From contig JAQTYZ010000005.1 of assembly GCA_028688055.1 (NCBI GenBank), positions 8,634 to 72,633 of the forward strand: DNA of 64,000 bases. Reading direction: 5' to 3'. This document shows positions 1 to 9,943 of the stretch, piece after piece. The stretch is from Patescibacteria group bacterium (GTDB lineage: Bacteria; Patescibacteriota; Patescibacteriia; Buchananbacterales; UBA6539). A program made the translations under genes and the position numbers. The notes under the pieces are model-generated. The model searched no databases, was not told where the DNA came from, and saw only the letters and a list, made by a program, of their open reading frames with translations. Positions within the stretch are counted from its first letter, which is position 1. The number at the start of each line of letters is the position of its first letter.

Positions 1-690
1 AAGGATTATGTAACCGAAGAAGTAGTTACGCCGGTTTTAAAAGGGGTTGGTTTTAATATTGATGAAGGTGAGTTTGTGGCGATTATGGGGCCGTCGGGTT
101 CGGGTAAATCAACGTTGATGCATATTTTGGGTTTTTTAGATCGCTTAACTAGCGGCGTTTACGAGTTCGAAGACAAAAATATTTCCGAGTTTTCCGACGA
201 TCAGTTGGCCAAATTGCGCAATCGGAAAGTCGGCTTTGTTTTTCAAAGTTATAATTTATTGCCGCGGACAACAGTGCTGGAAAATGTAAAATTGCCGCTG
301 ACTTATTCGGGTATGCCTCTTAAAGAAATGGATGAAGTGGTAAAAAAAGCGGTGGAGTCGGTTGGTTTAACCCATCGTTTGAATTTTTTATCCAATCAAC
401 TCTCCGGTGGCGAACAACAGCGGGTGGCGATTGCCCGAGCGCTGGTTAATGATCCGAAAGTTATTTTTGCCGACGAGCCAACAGGCAATCTTGATTCCAA
501 ATCCGGCACCCAAGTGATGGCCATTTTGGAAGCGCTTAATAGTTCGGGACATACGATTGTGCTAGTCACGCACGAGCAAGACACCGCCGAGCACGCGAAG
601 CGAATTATTCGCGTTCGGGATGGTGTCATTGAATCTGATCAAATGGTGGTAAATCGCCGTTCCGCCAAAGACGGCGAATTGCGAAAATAG
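1..690 (+). CDS. ABC transporter ATP-binding protein, MacB/LolD-like (5' partial; frame is open to position 1)
   Basis: Walker [13 protein letters not shown] signature [15 protein letters not shown], Walker [12 protein letters not shown]. The in-frame sequence upstream of the first ATG ([25 protein letters not shown]) is typical of the N-terminal beta strand before Walker A. Confidence 0.9.
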   Translation, partial: KDYVTEEVVTPVLKGVGFNIDEGEFVAIMGPSGSGKSTLMHILGFLDRLTSGVYEFEDKNISEFSDDQLAKLRNRKVGFVFQSYNLLPRTTVLENVKLPLTYSGMPLKEMDEVVKKAVESVGLTHRLNFLSNQLSGGEQQRVAIARALVNDPKVIFADEPTGNLDSKSGTQVMAILEALNSSGHTIVLVTHEQDTAEHAKRIIRVRDGVIESDQMVVNRRSAKDGELRK

Positions 691-693
691 TTT

Positions 694-1935
694 ATGATTA
701 TTCAGTCGATTAAAACGGCGGTGGTTTATTTGGCCTCACGAAAATTGAGGTCATTTTTGACAATGTTGGGGATGATCATTGGGATTTCGTCAGTCATTAT
801 TATTATGTCAATTGGCGCGTCAGCGCAAGGACTAATTGTCAATCAAATTAAAAGTGTTGGTTCAAATTTAATTGGCGTTTTGCCCGGGGCCTCTGATGAA
901 AACGGTCCGCCGGCCACCGCGATGGGGATAACGGTCACAACTTTGAAATATGAAGACGCTTTGGCTTTAGCCCAAAAACAAAATGTGCCACACGCCGAGG
1001 CGGTGGCTAGTTACGTCAAAGGCGTTGGCACGGTGACTTGGCAGGAAAATGTCGGCGTTGACACCAATATCACGGGAACAACGGCAAGCTATACTGAAGT
1101 TGAGGACGCCGAAGTAGCGGCGGGAAGATTTTTTTCCAACGATGAGGAAAAAACCATTTCACGCATTGTGGTTTTAGGTTCTCAGGTGGCCCAAGATTTG
1201 TTTGGTAATACCGACCCAATCGGTCAGACGATTAAAATTAAACGCGAAAGCTTTAAGGTTATCGGCGTGATGATCGAGCGCGGTTCGGTGGCTTTTCAAA
1301 ATCAAGATGATCAAGTTTTTATTCCGCTCGTGACTGCCCAAAAATTGTTATTTGGCATCAACCATTTGGGTTTTCTGCGCGTGAAAGTCAGTGACACCAA
1401 ATATTTAGACCAAACCGTTGAAGATATTAAAGCGACGTTACGCGAGCGGCATAATATTAACAATCCGGCTGATGATGATTTTTCAGTACGCAACGTTCAG
1501 CAAGCGTTAGATGTTTTGACCGGCGTCACCAACGCTTTGAAGTTTTTCTTAGCCGCCATCGCGGCGATTGCGTTGGTTGTCGGTGGCGTCGGTATTATGA
1601 ATATTATGTTAGTGGCAGTCAACGAACGCATTAGAGAAATTGGTTTGCGTAAAGCGGTGGGGGCGACGCGTTCAAATATTCTAACGCAGTTTTTAATTGA
1701 AACAGCCGTGTTAGCCTTGGGCGGCGGCATCATCGGCACTATTATTGGTGCGGGCGTTTCAGGGTTAATCGCGGTGGGGGCAGTTTATTTGGGTTATGAT
1801 TGGGGATTTATTGTGACCCCAAGTTCAATATTTTTAGCCGCCGGCGTTTCAATTGCCATTGGACTAACTTTTGGCATCTATCCGGCTTATAAGGCGGCCA
1901 AACTCGATCCAATTAGCGCGCTTCGTTATGAATAA
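694..1935 (+). CDS. ABC transporter permease, FtsX/MacB family
   Basis: N-terminal TM helix, large periplasmic domain, C-terminal FtsX-like 4-TM block (VGGVGIMNIMLVAVNERIREIGLRKAVGA). Immediately follows the ATPase gene. Confidence 0.85.
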   Translation: MIIQSIKTAVVYLASRKLRSFLTMLGMIIGISSVIIIMSIGASAQGLIVNQIKSVGSNLIGVLPGASDENGPPATAMGITVTTLKYEDALALAQKQNVPHAEAVASYVKGVGTVTWQENVGVDTNITGTTASYTEVEDAEVAAGRFFSNDEEKTISRIVVLGSQVAQDLFGNTDPIGQTIKIKRESFKVIGVMIERGSVAFQNQDDQVFIPLVTAQKLLFGINHLGFLRVKVSDTKYLDQTVEDIKATLRERHNINNPADDDFSVRNVQQALDVLTGVTNALKFFLAAIAAIALVVGGVGIMNIMLVAVNERIREIGLRKAVGATRSNILTQFLIETAVLALGGGIIGTIIGAGVSGLIAVGAVYLGYDWGFIVTPSSIFLAAGVSIAIGLTFGIYPAYKAAKLDPISALRYE

Positions 1936-3184
1936 ATTTGATTTTAAAAATTTAAAGATTGCGTTTAAATCATTGCGTCGCGATAAAACTAGAACGATGC
2001 TGACGGTTTTAGGTATTGTCATTGGTATTGCAGCGGTGATTACGGTGATATCGGCTGGTAATGGTTTAAAATCTTACGTCACTGATCAAATCAACACTTT
2101 TGGTACTGATACGGTGGAAGTTGAAATTAAAGTGCCTAATACCAGTAAGACTTCCTCTTCTAACGCCGCCGGTATTGCCGAGGGCATCCAAATTACCACC
2201 TTGACGGAAGGCGATGCTGAGGCCATAAAAAAGTTGCCTAATGTCACTAATGATTACGGTTTTATTATGGGTCAGGATGTTGTTTCATACGGGTCGGAGC
2301 ACAAACAAATTTTACTGTGGGGCTCCAACGCCTCGTTTATTGATATTGACGCGTCAACCGTCGCAGTCGGCCGATTTTTTTCCGACGAAGAGGATAAGAG
2401 TTTAGCCGAAGTAGTTGTTTTAGGAACAACAGTCAAAGAAAAATTATTTGGTGACGGTGACGCGCTTAACCAAATGATTAAAATTGGCAACAATAAATTT
2501 CGCGTCATCGGCGTGATGTCCAAGCGCGGTTCAATCGCTTTTTTTGATATGGATAATTTGATCTATCTGCCGCTGCGGACCTTGCAGAAAAAGATTATGG
2601 GCGTTGATCATCTCACGGCGATTTTTTTGAAAGTGGCCAAGACAAATATTTCTGACCAAACGGCGGATGACATCACGGCCTTATTGCGCGACCGACACGA
2701 TATTACGGATCCGAAAAAAGATGACTTTAGCGTTACCACGATGGCCGAAGCCCTAAGTATTTATAATACGATATTTGGCGCGATTGGATTATTACTTAGT
2801 GCCATTGCTGGCATTTCACTGGTGGTCGGTGGCGTTGGCATTATGAATATTATGTACGTTTCGGTAACAGAAAGAACTTATGAGATTGGTTTACGAAAAT
2901 CGGTCGGCGCGACCCAGCATAATATTTTGTGGCAATTTTTGTGGGAAGCTATTTTAATAACGTTACTTGGCGCCGTGATTGGTTTTGTCATCGGTACGGC
3001 GCTGTCGTTTTTGATTTCAGTTATTGCCGCGACGCAAGGGATTGCTTGGGCATTCTCCGTTTCCTTAACATCACTCATTTTAGCCGGTGGCGTTTCGCTG
3101 GTAATTGGACTAGTCTTCGGCGTTTTTCCGGCTTTAACCGCGTCAAAACTTGACCCCGTTACCGCCTTGCGATACTCTAAGTAA
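1928..3184 (+). CDS. ABC transporter permease, FtsX/MacB family (paralogue of the preceding gene)
   Basis: Same architecture and motifs (VGGVGIMNIMYVSVTERTYEIGLRKSVGA). Start chosen at MNKFDF, overlapping the upstream stop (ATGAATAA); the track ORF extends further 5' into the upstream gene. Confidence 0.85.
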   Translation: MNKFDFKNLKIAFKSLRRDKTRTMLTVLGIVIGIAAVITVISAGNGLKSYVTDQINTFGTDTVEVEIKVPNTSKTSSSNAAGIAEGIQITTLTEGDAEAIKKLPNVTNDYGFIMGQDVVSYGSEHKQILLWGSNASFIDIDASTVAVGRFFSDEEDKSLAEVVVLGTTVKEKLFGDGDALNQMIKIGNNKFRVIGVMSKRGSIAFFDMDNLIYLPLRTLQKKIMGVDHLTAIFLKVAKTNISDQTADDITALLRDRHDITDPKKDDFSVTTMAEALSIYNTIFGAIGLLLSAIAGISLVVGGVGIMNIMYVSVTERTYEIGLRKSVGATQHNILWQFLWEAILITLLGAVIGFVIGTALSFLISVIAATQGIAWAFSVSLTSLILAGGVSLVIGLVFGVFPALTASKLDPVTALRYSK

Positions 3185-3214
3185 AACTGTTTTAGGAAGA
3201 GCAGGAGGTGAGCA

Positions 3215-3655
3215 ATGAGGAGGTTGATCTTATTAGTAATGGTGGTCGCGGTCGGCTATTGGCTTTTGCATTCGTATCCCAAAAGGGCCGAATATGAAAC
3301 AATTGTCGCCGCTCAGTCCGTTGCCGCTGATTCGGTAGTTGACACGCGCGATGTTTTTCGCGAGTCGATCCACGTGGTGATGTTCTACGCCAAGTCTGGT
3401 GCAGCCCTAATTTTCGTGCTGGTGCTGGTCGTTTTTCTAACCATCCGAACCGATTTCAGCGATGACTTAATGGCTTCATCTTGGGAGCGAATGGTCGAAG
3501 CAATTAGTCAGTTGCAGCTAGAAAAATTGGCGAGGCCAATAAGCGAGCGGCTGGCAAGACAGACCGATGGTGCGCCAGCGTACAAAAAAATGTTGGCCAA
3601 GTGGCGCGAAGAGTTGGGACTACCCAAGGCTGATGACGATGACAAGGCGGAGTAA
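3215..3655 (+). CDS. hypothetical membrane protein (two predicted TM segments, acidic C-terminus)
   Basis: ORF with GGAGG Shine-Dalgarno (gcaggaggtgagcaATG). G+C-rich relative to flanks. No recognisable family. Confidence 0.4.
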   Translation: MRRLILLVMVVAVGYWLLHSYPKRAEYETIVAAQSVAADSVVDTRDVFRESIHVVMFYAKSGAALIFVLVLVVFLTIRTDFSDDLMASSWERMVEAISQLQLEKLARPISERLARQTDGAPAYKKMLAKWREELGLPKADDDDKAE

Positions 3656-3667
3656 CATTCGCCTTTT

Positions 3668-4048
3668 TTAATTAAGGCAGGATTTTGTTTTGAGATAATC
3701 AACGGGTGTCGGTATCGCTCCATTGATAATTTCAGTTGTTCGTGCTTCGCCTAAATTATTAATAAAGCATTGCTGCATTTTCGGGCTAATGGTTGAAGGC
3801 AGTTTGGTGGGATCAATACCAAGCGCTTTGAGGGCTTGGGCTTGTTGAGGCGATATTTTATAATTTCTTGTTTCAGTTGGCGTTGTCGTGGCGGTGTTGG
3901 TATTGACTGAAATGGCGCTAGGGTAAAATAGCGGTTTAAGGCCAAAGGGATCGGCAATAAATAAATAAGTCAGGATGATAATCATGGCCAAAAACATAAT
4001 GCCGAGGGCGACAAAAATAATATTGAGTATTTTGAGTAATTTGTGCAT
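3668..4048 (-). CDS. hypothetical small membrane-anchored protein
   Basis: N-terminal hydrophobic helix followed by a Thr/Pro-rich linker. No recognisable domain. Confidence 0.3.
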   Translation of the reverse strand: MHKLLKILNIIFVALGIMFLAMIIILTYLFIADPFGLKPLFYPSAISVNTNTATTTPTETRNYKISPQQAQALKALGIDPTKLPSTISPKMQQCFINNLGEARTTEIINGAIPTPVDYLKTKSCLN

Positions 4049-4057
4049 ATTTTTTAT

Positions 4058-5119
4058 TTAATTATTGAAAAAAATTGGAATCTCCAGCGCGGCGTCATTT
4101 TGGGGCAAGCCGGACGGATTGTCTTTTTTTAAAATTAGACTGCCTCTGACGCCGTAAGCAGGCTGATCAAATGTTAGGGTTGCTTCAAAGGGTACAAAGT
4201 CAGTGGTCATCCAATCACCTTTGGCTTGGGCAACTCCTTGAGCAATAATTTTGCCGTCCCAGTCGGTTAAAATTACCGGAAATGAGGCTTCAAAAAACCA
4301 ATTGCCACGCGCGGTGCCCGACACGATCAGCGGTGATGAAATAGTTTGGGCGACCGCCGGCGTTTTAAGTTTGATTAAATCGGTTTGGTAGCTAATTTCT
4401 TTAAGCTGATTTTCTTCAACGCCAAAATATTTTGAAACCGCAATTGACGGTTGGGTGGTCATTGGTTCACCCGGCGCTCGTTCCGCATAGTTGGTGATAA
4501 TAAGATTATTTTTAACTTCACTACTTTGCGGGGCAATCCGATCACCCAATAGGATAGCATTGGTGCCAATAAAACTAGTAGTGGAAGAAAGTGAGACGGC
4601 AAGATAGAAAAATGTTCCATTGCCGCCGTCGGTTTGGTCGAGAATAACTATTTTGTCCGGCAGATTATCTTCATTTAAATCAGCGACAGTAGTGGTCGAA
4701 AAAACTTTGGTTATTTTTTGTTCTAAGGAGTTAGCGCTAGCCGTTTCCGAAATGCCATTAATTAAAGTAATCTTTTCGTTAGCAATCGTATATTCGATTA
4801 CTTCCGGTGTTGCTGTCTTGCTAGCATTATTAAATTTGCATACGGGGATGCATTGTTGAATACACATTCCATGATTTGGGTCGTGACGACAAGCGGATTC
4901 ACATTCGAAAAAAGTGCCACCATTTTGTTCGCACCAATGCTGGCTGGTATGTTCACATTCTTGAAAATTTTCGAGCCAGATACCTTTATTATTTTGGCAA
5001 TTTTCGCTAATACTAATTCTATCGTCAGCGGGCCGTTGGCTGGAGATGATGAAAAACGAGGTGGTAGCTATTAGCAATAAAACAATAATAATTACGATAA
5101 GGTAAATATTTTTTTTCAT
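4058..5119 (-). CDS. secreted hypothetical protein with an N-terminal Cys-rich module and a Gmad2/GerMN-like C-terminal immunoglobulin-like domain
   Basis: Signal/anchor MKKNIYLIVIIIVLLLIATTSFFII. About 14 Cys in the first ~80 mature residues (CQNNKG...CEHTSQHWCEQNGGTFFECESACRHDPNHGMCIQQCIPVC). C-terminus GSLILKKDNPSGLPQNDAALEIPIFF resembles Gmad2-type domains. Confidence 0.5.
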   Translation of the reverse strand: MKKNIYLIVIIIVLLLIATTSFFIISSQRPADDRISISENCQNNKGIWLENFQECEHTSQHWCEQNGGTFFECESACRHDPNHGMCIQQCIPVCKFNNASKTATPEVIEYTIANEKITLINGISETASANSLEQKITKVFSTTTVADLNEDNLPDKIVILDQTDGGNGTFFYLAVSLSSTTSFIGTNAILLGDRIAPQSSEVKNNLIITNYAERAPGEPMTTQPSIAVSKYFGVEENQLKEISYQTDLIKLKTPAVAQTISSPLIVSGTARGNWFFEASFPVILTDWDGKIIAQGVAQAKGDWMTTDFVPFEATLTFDQPAYGVRGSLILKKDNPSGLPQNDAALEIPIFFNN

Positions 5120-5238
5120 CCGACGCTTGGGTTATAAGCTTTTTTATTATACGATAAATTCTTTAAAATGTAACGTTTTTTTTAAAAAAAATCACCCCCG
5201 GTGGTAAGAGGTGAATGCTGCGAATTGATTGGTGTTTT

Positions 5239-5970
5239 TTAGACATGGTGGCTTCGCAGGATACCGGCAATGTCGACGATCCGCGGAAATGAAATCCATC
5301 TCGAATGGAGTGGGTCAAGTCCGCCGCAATGAACGAAGTAGAGTCGATCCGACCAAGTTGAGGTTTGGTCTTCACCAAAGCCCAATTCGGCGACAACACG
5401 ATAAACGTCAGCGGTGTTGTCGGATTCGATCTCTGCAAACGGCAAGCCGTAGGGCCCAATTTGAAAGTCAATGTGGACGCCACCGAGATCAAACGATCGA
5501 CGAAGTTTTTCGTTGCTCGATTTATGAAATAGGCCAATTTCGAGCAACATGGTTTTGAACCAGGCAAGGTGTGTGGTTTCCAACTCAATCTCGCGGCGAC
5601 GGTCGATTTCGGCATTTTTTTCACGCCGGTCTTTGACCGTGAAAAACTGCCTAGTACCATCATGGCGAAGACGAACGGATACTTTTGGCATTTCCATTGG
5701 CCGAATGGCGGTTAAACAGCCTGACATTAGTTCGACGTTCGTGAGCCCACAAAAAGTGAGCATCTCGATCAGTTTTTCTCCGTCACAGAAGTCTGGTGGT
5801 AAAGTCAGTCTGACTTCCATAGCTTTGGCCAAACCTTTGATTGGGGCAAAGGACTCGTCCGATAGCAACCGCCAAGGTTGTGTTTCGACGGCCTGCAACT
5901 CACCAAGCCGGGTCAAAAATGACGTCGGATCAGTAATGTTAATGATCTTGAGCTCCACCTCAATTATCAT
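5239..5970 (-). CDS. CYTH-like domain protein (triphosphate tunnel metalloenzyme / class IV adenylyl cyclase-like)
   Basis: N-terminus IIEVELKI resembles the CYTH EIERKF start. Also VRLRHDGTRQFFTVKDRREKNAEIDRRREIE and VHIDFQIGPYGLPFAEIE match the CYTH pattern. Strong SD (aaggaggtgtcATG). The gene is G+C-rich relative to its neighbours. Confidence 0.5.
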   Translation of the reverse strand: MIIEVELKIINITDPTSFLTRLGELQAVETQPWRLLSDESFAPIKGLAKAMEVRLTLPPDFCDGEKLIEMLTFCGLTNVELMSGCLTAIRPMEMPKVSVRLRHDGTRQFFTVKDRREKNAEIDRRREIELETTHLAWFKTMLLEIGLFHKSSNEKLRRSFDLGGVHIDFQIGPYGLPFAEIESDNTADVYRVVAELGFGEDQTSTWSDRLYFVHCGGLDPLHSRWISFPRIVDIAGILRSHHV

Positions 5971-6200
5971 GACACCTCCTTGTCTTAAGTAATCACATTA
6001 TCGGTGAGCTTGCTATTTTTTCATATTTTGGTAGCGCTGTCAATTTTGTCTTGACATTTTAAAGAATTTACATTATATTATACTTATTATTAATAAAGCA
6101 TATCGTGTTAAGTCTAGTCGATCCTCCCCGAATGGGGCCGGCTAGATACGATAGGTGATCTCGGTTGCTCAAACTACCGGGATAAAAAAGGAAACAATTT

Positions 6201-6923
6201 ATGCCTCAGGTACCTGATTTAATGACGATGCTTAAGTCTGGCGTCCATTTTGGCCACCAGGTTTCGCGGCGTCATCCGAAAATGAAGCCTTATATTTTCA
6301 CTTCGAAAAGCGGCTTTCATATTATTAATCTTGAACAAACTCAAGCCAAACTAGCCGAAGCAATGGCTTTTGTCTCAAAAATTGCCACTAATGGTGGAAC
6401 AATTTTGTTTTTGGGTACTAAAAAACAAGCCCAGCAAATTATCAAGCAAGCAGCCATCGATTGCGGGATGCCCTATATCACTGAACGTTGGCTGGGGGGC
6501 AGTTTTACTAATTTTACCGAAATTCATAAGTTGTCAAAGAAGTTTACGGACTTAAAAAAACGTAAGGTAACCGGTCAACTCGAAAAGTACACCAAAAAAG
6601 AAAAATTGGAATTTGACCGAGAGATTGAAAAGCTCGAAGCCATTGTCGGTGGTATTGAAAATATGAACAAAATTCCGGATGCGATTTTTGTTTGTGATGT
6701 GAAAAAAGAAAAAACGGCTGTGGGCGAAGCGGTGAAAAGAAATATTCCCGTCATTGCTATGTGCGATACTAATGTCAATCCAGCCAATATCAATTATCCG
6801 ATTCCGGCCAATGATGATGCCATTAAGTCGCTCGGGCTGATCATTAATCTGATCAGCGAAGCGGTCAATGAAGGTTTGAAAGCCAGGGTTGATAAAAGTG
6901 AAGCAGTCAAACCAGTAAAATAA
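6201..6923 (+). CDS. rpsB: 30S ribosomal protein S2
   Basis: MLKSGVHFGHQ... and full-length similarity to S2. Followed by tsf. Confidence 0.95.
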   Translation: MPQVPDLMTMLKSGVHFGHQVSRRHPKMKPYIFTSKSGFHIINLEQTQAKLAEAMAFVSKIATNGGTILFLGTKKQAQQIIKQAAIDCGMPYITERWLGGSFTNFTEIHKLSKKFTDLKKRKVTGQLEKYTKKEKLEFDREIEKLEAIVGGIENMNKIPDAIFVCDVKKEKTAVGEAVKRNIPVIAMCDTNVNPANINYPIPANDDAIKSLGLIINLISEAVNEGLKARVDKSEAVKPVK

Positions 6924-6946
6924 AAATAATATTAAGTGAAACAACT

Positions 6947-7537
6947 ATGGCCATTGATACCAAATTAATAACGCAATTAAGAGAATTGACCGGCGCCGGT
7001 GTTGCTGATTGTAAAGTAGCCTTGGAAGAAGCTGGTACGGACATTCAGAAGGCAATCGAAATTCTTAGAAAAAAAGGTGCCACTAAGGCGGCTAAAAAAA
7101 TAGCCGAGCGTACCGCCACCGAAGGGATCATTGATTCTTATATCCATGCCAACGGTAAAATTGGGGTTTTGATTCAAGTAAGTTGCGAAACCGATTTCGT
7201 TGCTCGTAATGAAAAATTCAAAGAATTGGTTCACGACTTGGCAATTCAGATTGCCGGCGCTGGTGCTAGTTACTTAAATACTGAAGACGTGCCCGCCGAA
7301 GAAATTGAGAAAGAAAAGGAAATCTATCGAGCCTTGTTAAAAAAAGAGGGCAAGCCGGAAAATATGATTGATAAAATTATGGCCGGCAAGTTGGAAAAAT
7401 ATTACGAACAAGTTTGTTTACTGAAGCAGTCGTTTATCAAAGACGACAGCGTAAAGATTGAAGACCTAATAAAAAACAGCATTGCGACGATGGGTGAGAA
7501 AATTGAGGTGGTACGTTTCGTTCGATATCAAATTTAA
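6947..7537 (+). CDS. tsf: elongation factor Ts (short form)
   Basis: N-terminal UBA-like LRELTGAGVADCKVALEEAG. Conserved rpsB-tsf pairing. Confidence 0.9.
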   Translation: MAIDTKLITQLRELTGAGVADCKVALEEAGTDIQKAIEILRKKGATKAAKKIAERTATEGIIDSYIHANGKIGVLIQVSCETDFVARNEKFKELVHDLAIQIAGAGASYLNTEDVPAEEIEKEKEIYRALLKKEGKPENMIDKIMAGKLEKYYEQVCLLKQSFIKDDSVKIEDLIKNSIATMGEKIEVVRFVRYQI

Positions 7538-7547
7538 TTTTGGAGCT

Positions 7548-7991
7548 ATGACAAAAAAAATAGTTTTTTTTTCCGCCATCTTTTTGCTAGCTTTTAGCCT
7601 AGTGGCCTGCACGCCCAAAAAACCGATGGTTGATAATGTTAACCAGTCTCAAGCTGATGGCGTTAAGGAAACGGGGAGCGTGATTGACGTGTCTGATAAA
7701 AATGGGCAAACAATCGCGGCGAAGATTGGCGATGTTATCTACTTTAAGTTGACTGGTCAAGCGGCCAGCGGAAATCAATGGACGGTGGTGAAACCAGTAA
7801 GCGGTGATGCTATTTTATTGAAGGATCACCGAGCCACCGATATTAACAATCCCCAAGCGCCCAATGGTGAATTTACTGACGAGTGGTGGATAAAAATCGA
7901 AAAAAGTGGCACCATTGAGATGCAATTTGATTATGGTGTTTCAGGGAAAAAATCAACCAAATCATTCAAGCTCACCATTGATAGCCAATAA
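7548..7991 (+). CDS. hypothetical lipoprotein
   Basis: Signal peptide plus lipobox (LVAC). Start chosen at MTKKIVFF; the track ORF begins earlier inside the tsf 3' end. Confidence 0.5.
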   Translation: MTKKIVFFSAIFLLAFSLVACTPKKPMVDNVNQSQADGVKETGSVIDVSDKNGQTIAAKIGDVIYFKLTGQAASGNQWTVVKPVSGDAILLKDHRATDINNPQAPNGEFTDEWWIKIEKSGTIEMQFDYGVSGKKSTKSFKLTIDSQ

Positions 7992-7993
7992 AA

Positions 7994-8833
7994 ATGAGTA
8001 ACTCAATAAAAATCGGACGATTGCTGACAGTGCTACTGTTGGTGACAGTGCCGATTTTTATTTTGTCTGGTTGTGCCAGGATTCAGCAAAAAAGTGAACC
8101 AATTGCTAATAATGTTAAGGTAAGTGATCTTCCTAAATCCGGACAAGTGAAGATAATTCAAAGTGATATAATCGTTGAACGGCCGCAGGCTAATCAAGTT
8201 ATCGAGAGCCCAGTTAACATCATTGGTGAAACCGTTGGCGGTATTAATCAAATTTATTTTCAGCTGCTGGATGCTTTTGATCGAGTCTTTGCGTCAAGTA
8301 CGGTGGAGATTAATGGTACTGGTTTTCAAGATTATTATAGTTATTTTTTAAAATTTAATCTTCCGCCCAGTCCTTATGGAAAATTGGAGGTCTTTAGCTT
8401 AGACCGCGCCGGGTTAAAAATCAATGTTCTGACTTTACCAGTCAGCTTTAAAAATTACCGCCCCCTTAAAGTTACGCTTTTTGAAAGTCGAACTGGTAAT
8501 AAAACAAATAATTGTTCCCAGGTTTATCCACTTGAGCGCGAGATACCTTTCGCCGCTGATTTATTTAAGGCCACCGTGGATGAACTATTAAAACCGCTTA
8601 CTCAAGAAGAAACGGCGCAAGGTTTTATTAATAATCTGCCGGCCGCTGATACTGCTTTAAATAAGTTAATTATTAAAGATGCAACCGCGACAGTTGATTT
8701 TGTTTATACCCCAAATAATAATATTAAGTTTGATCGTTGTCGTTTAAACGCCATTAGGGCACAGATTTCGGAAACAATAAAAACGATGGCCGCTGTCGAA
8801 CAAGTAATAATTTCGGTTAATGACAAACCGTAG
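7994..8833 (+). CDS. hypothetical lipoprotein (GerMN/Gmad-like fold suspected)
   Basis: Signal peptide with lipobox LSGC. No catalytic motifs. Confidence 0.5.
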   Translation: MSNSIKIGRLLTVLLLVTVPIFILSGCARIQQKSEPIANNVKVSDLPKSGQVKIIQSDIIVERPQANQVIESPVNIIGETVGGINQIYFQLLDAFDRVFASSTVEINGTGFQDYYSYFLKFNLPPSPYGKLEVFSLDRAGLKINVLTLPVSFKNYRPLKVTLFESRTGNKTNNCSQVYPLEREIPFAADLFKATVDELLKPLTQEETAQGFINNLPAADTALNKLIIKDATATVDFVYTPNNNIKFDRCRLNAIRAQISETIKTMAAVEQVIISVNDKP

Positions 8834-8904
8834 CAAATATTTTTTTAGGTAATTATTTCGGCTCGTGGTATAATTAGCTTGTTAAAATAATAACGTCATT
8901 AAAT

Positions 8905-9918
8905 ATGGGTATAAAAATTGCGATTAATGGTTTTGGCCGAATTGGCCGAGCCGCTTTCAAAATTGCGTTGGCAAATAAAAAATTAGAAGTGGTGGCGATT
9001 AATGATTTAATGGACACCAAAACATTGGCTCACTTATTAAAGTACGATTCAGTTTATGGCCAATATCCACCTTCGATTTCGGCGACGAGCAACGGTATTA
9101 AAGTTAATGGCGTGGTTTATCCGGTTTATGCGGAAAAGGAGCCGGCCAAATTACCGTGGGCAAAACACGGCGTTGATGTTGTCTTAGAGTGCACCGGTTA
9201 TTTTACCAGCAAAGCCGGAGCGTCCGAACACCTTAAGGGTGGCGCAAAAAAAGTTGTCATTTCAGCACCGGCCAAAGACACTGCTACTCAGACTTTAGTT
9301 TTTGGAACAAAGTTTTCTAATGATTTAATCAAGCGAGGGAAGAGTGATGCGGTTGTCTCCAACGCATCATGTACGACCAATTGTATCTCGCCTGTGATGC
9401 AGGTTTTAGAATCGAAATTTGGTGTTGGAAAAGCAATGATGACAACGGTTCATTCTTATACCGCTGATCAAAATTTAGTTGATGGCCCTCATAAAGATCT
9501 CCGCCGCGCTCGCGCGGCCGCTCACAATATCGTGCCAACCACGACGGGAGCGGCGATTGCCACCACTGAAGTCGTGCCGAAGTTGAAAAATTTGTTTGAC
9601 GGTATCGCCATTCGGGTGCCAACTATTTGCGGTTCCTTGTCGGACATAACAGCAGTGGTGAAAAGAAAATCAGTTACTGTTGAAGAGATTAACCAGGAAT
9701 TTATCAAAGCGGCAAAGGATCCAATGTTTAAAAATATTTTGGCAGTTTCAACTAAGCCGTTAGTCTCCGGTGATTTTATCGGTACAAGCTATTCATCAAT
9801 TGTGGATTTAGAATTTACCCGCGTTGTTGGCGGGAATATGGTTAAGGTTTTAGCTTGGTATGATAATGAGTGGGGCTACAGCAATCGTTTAGTTGAGATG
9901 GCGGCAAATATTATTTAA
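8905..9918 (+). CDS. gap: glyceraldehyde-3-phosphate dehydrogenase
   Basis: NGFGRIGR NAD-binding motif, catalytic SNASCTTNC. Confidence 0.95.
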   Translation: MGIKIAINGFGRIGRAAFKIALANKKLEVVAINDLMDTKTLAHLLKYDSVYGQYPPSISATSNGIKVNGVVYPVYAEKEPAKLPWAKHGVDVVLECTGYFTSKAGASEHLKGGAKKVVISAPAKDTATQTLVFGTKFSNDLIKRGKSDAVVSNASCTTNCISPVMQVLESKFGVGKAMMTTVHSYTADQNLVDGPHKDLRRARAAAHNIVPTTTGAAIATTEVVPKLKNLFDGIAIRVPTICGSLSDITAVVKRKSVTVEEINQEFIKAAKDPMFKNILAVSTKPLVSGDFIGTSYSSIVDLEFTRVVGGNMVKVLAWYDNEWGYSNRLVEMAANII

Positions 9919-9943
9919 GTATTAACAATTAAATAAAAAAAAT

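Noticed and set aside
1871-1927. Longer N-terminus for the second permease (track start 1871)
   Set aside because: The extension lies inside the 3' end of the upstream permease gene. The ATG at 1928 gives the typical ATGAATAA-type overlap and a normal FtsX-permease N-terminus.
5163-5663. Overlapping ORFs 5163-5663 (-) and 5229-5558 (+) inside the CYTH-like gene
   Set aside because: They are alternative frames of the same GC-rich DNA and have no SD. The 243-aa frame has the SD and the domain match.
6552-6944. 130-aa minus-strand ORF antisense to rpsB
   Set aside because: It lies entirely within the well-supported S2 gene. It is Phe-rich from reading the antisense of a Lys/Glu-rich region.
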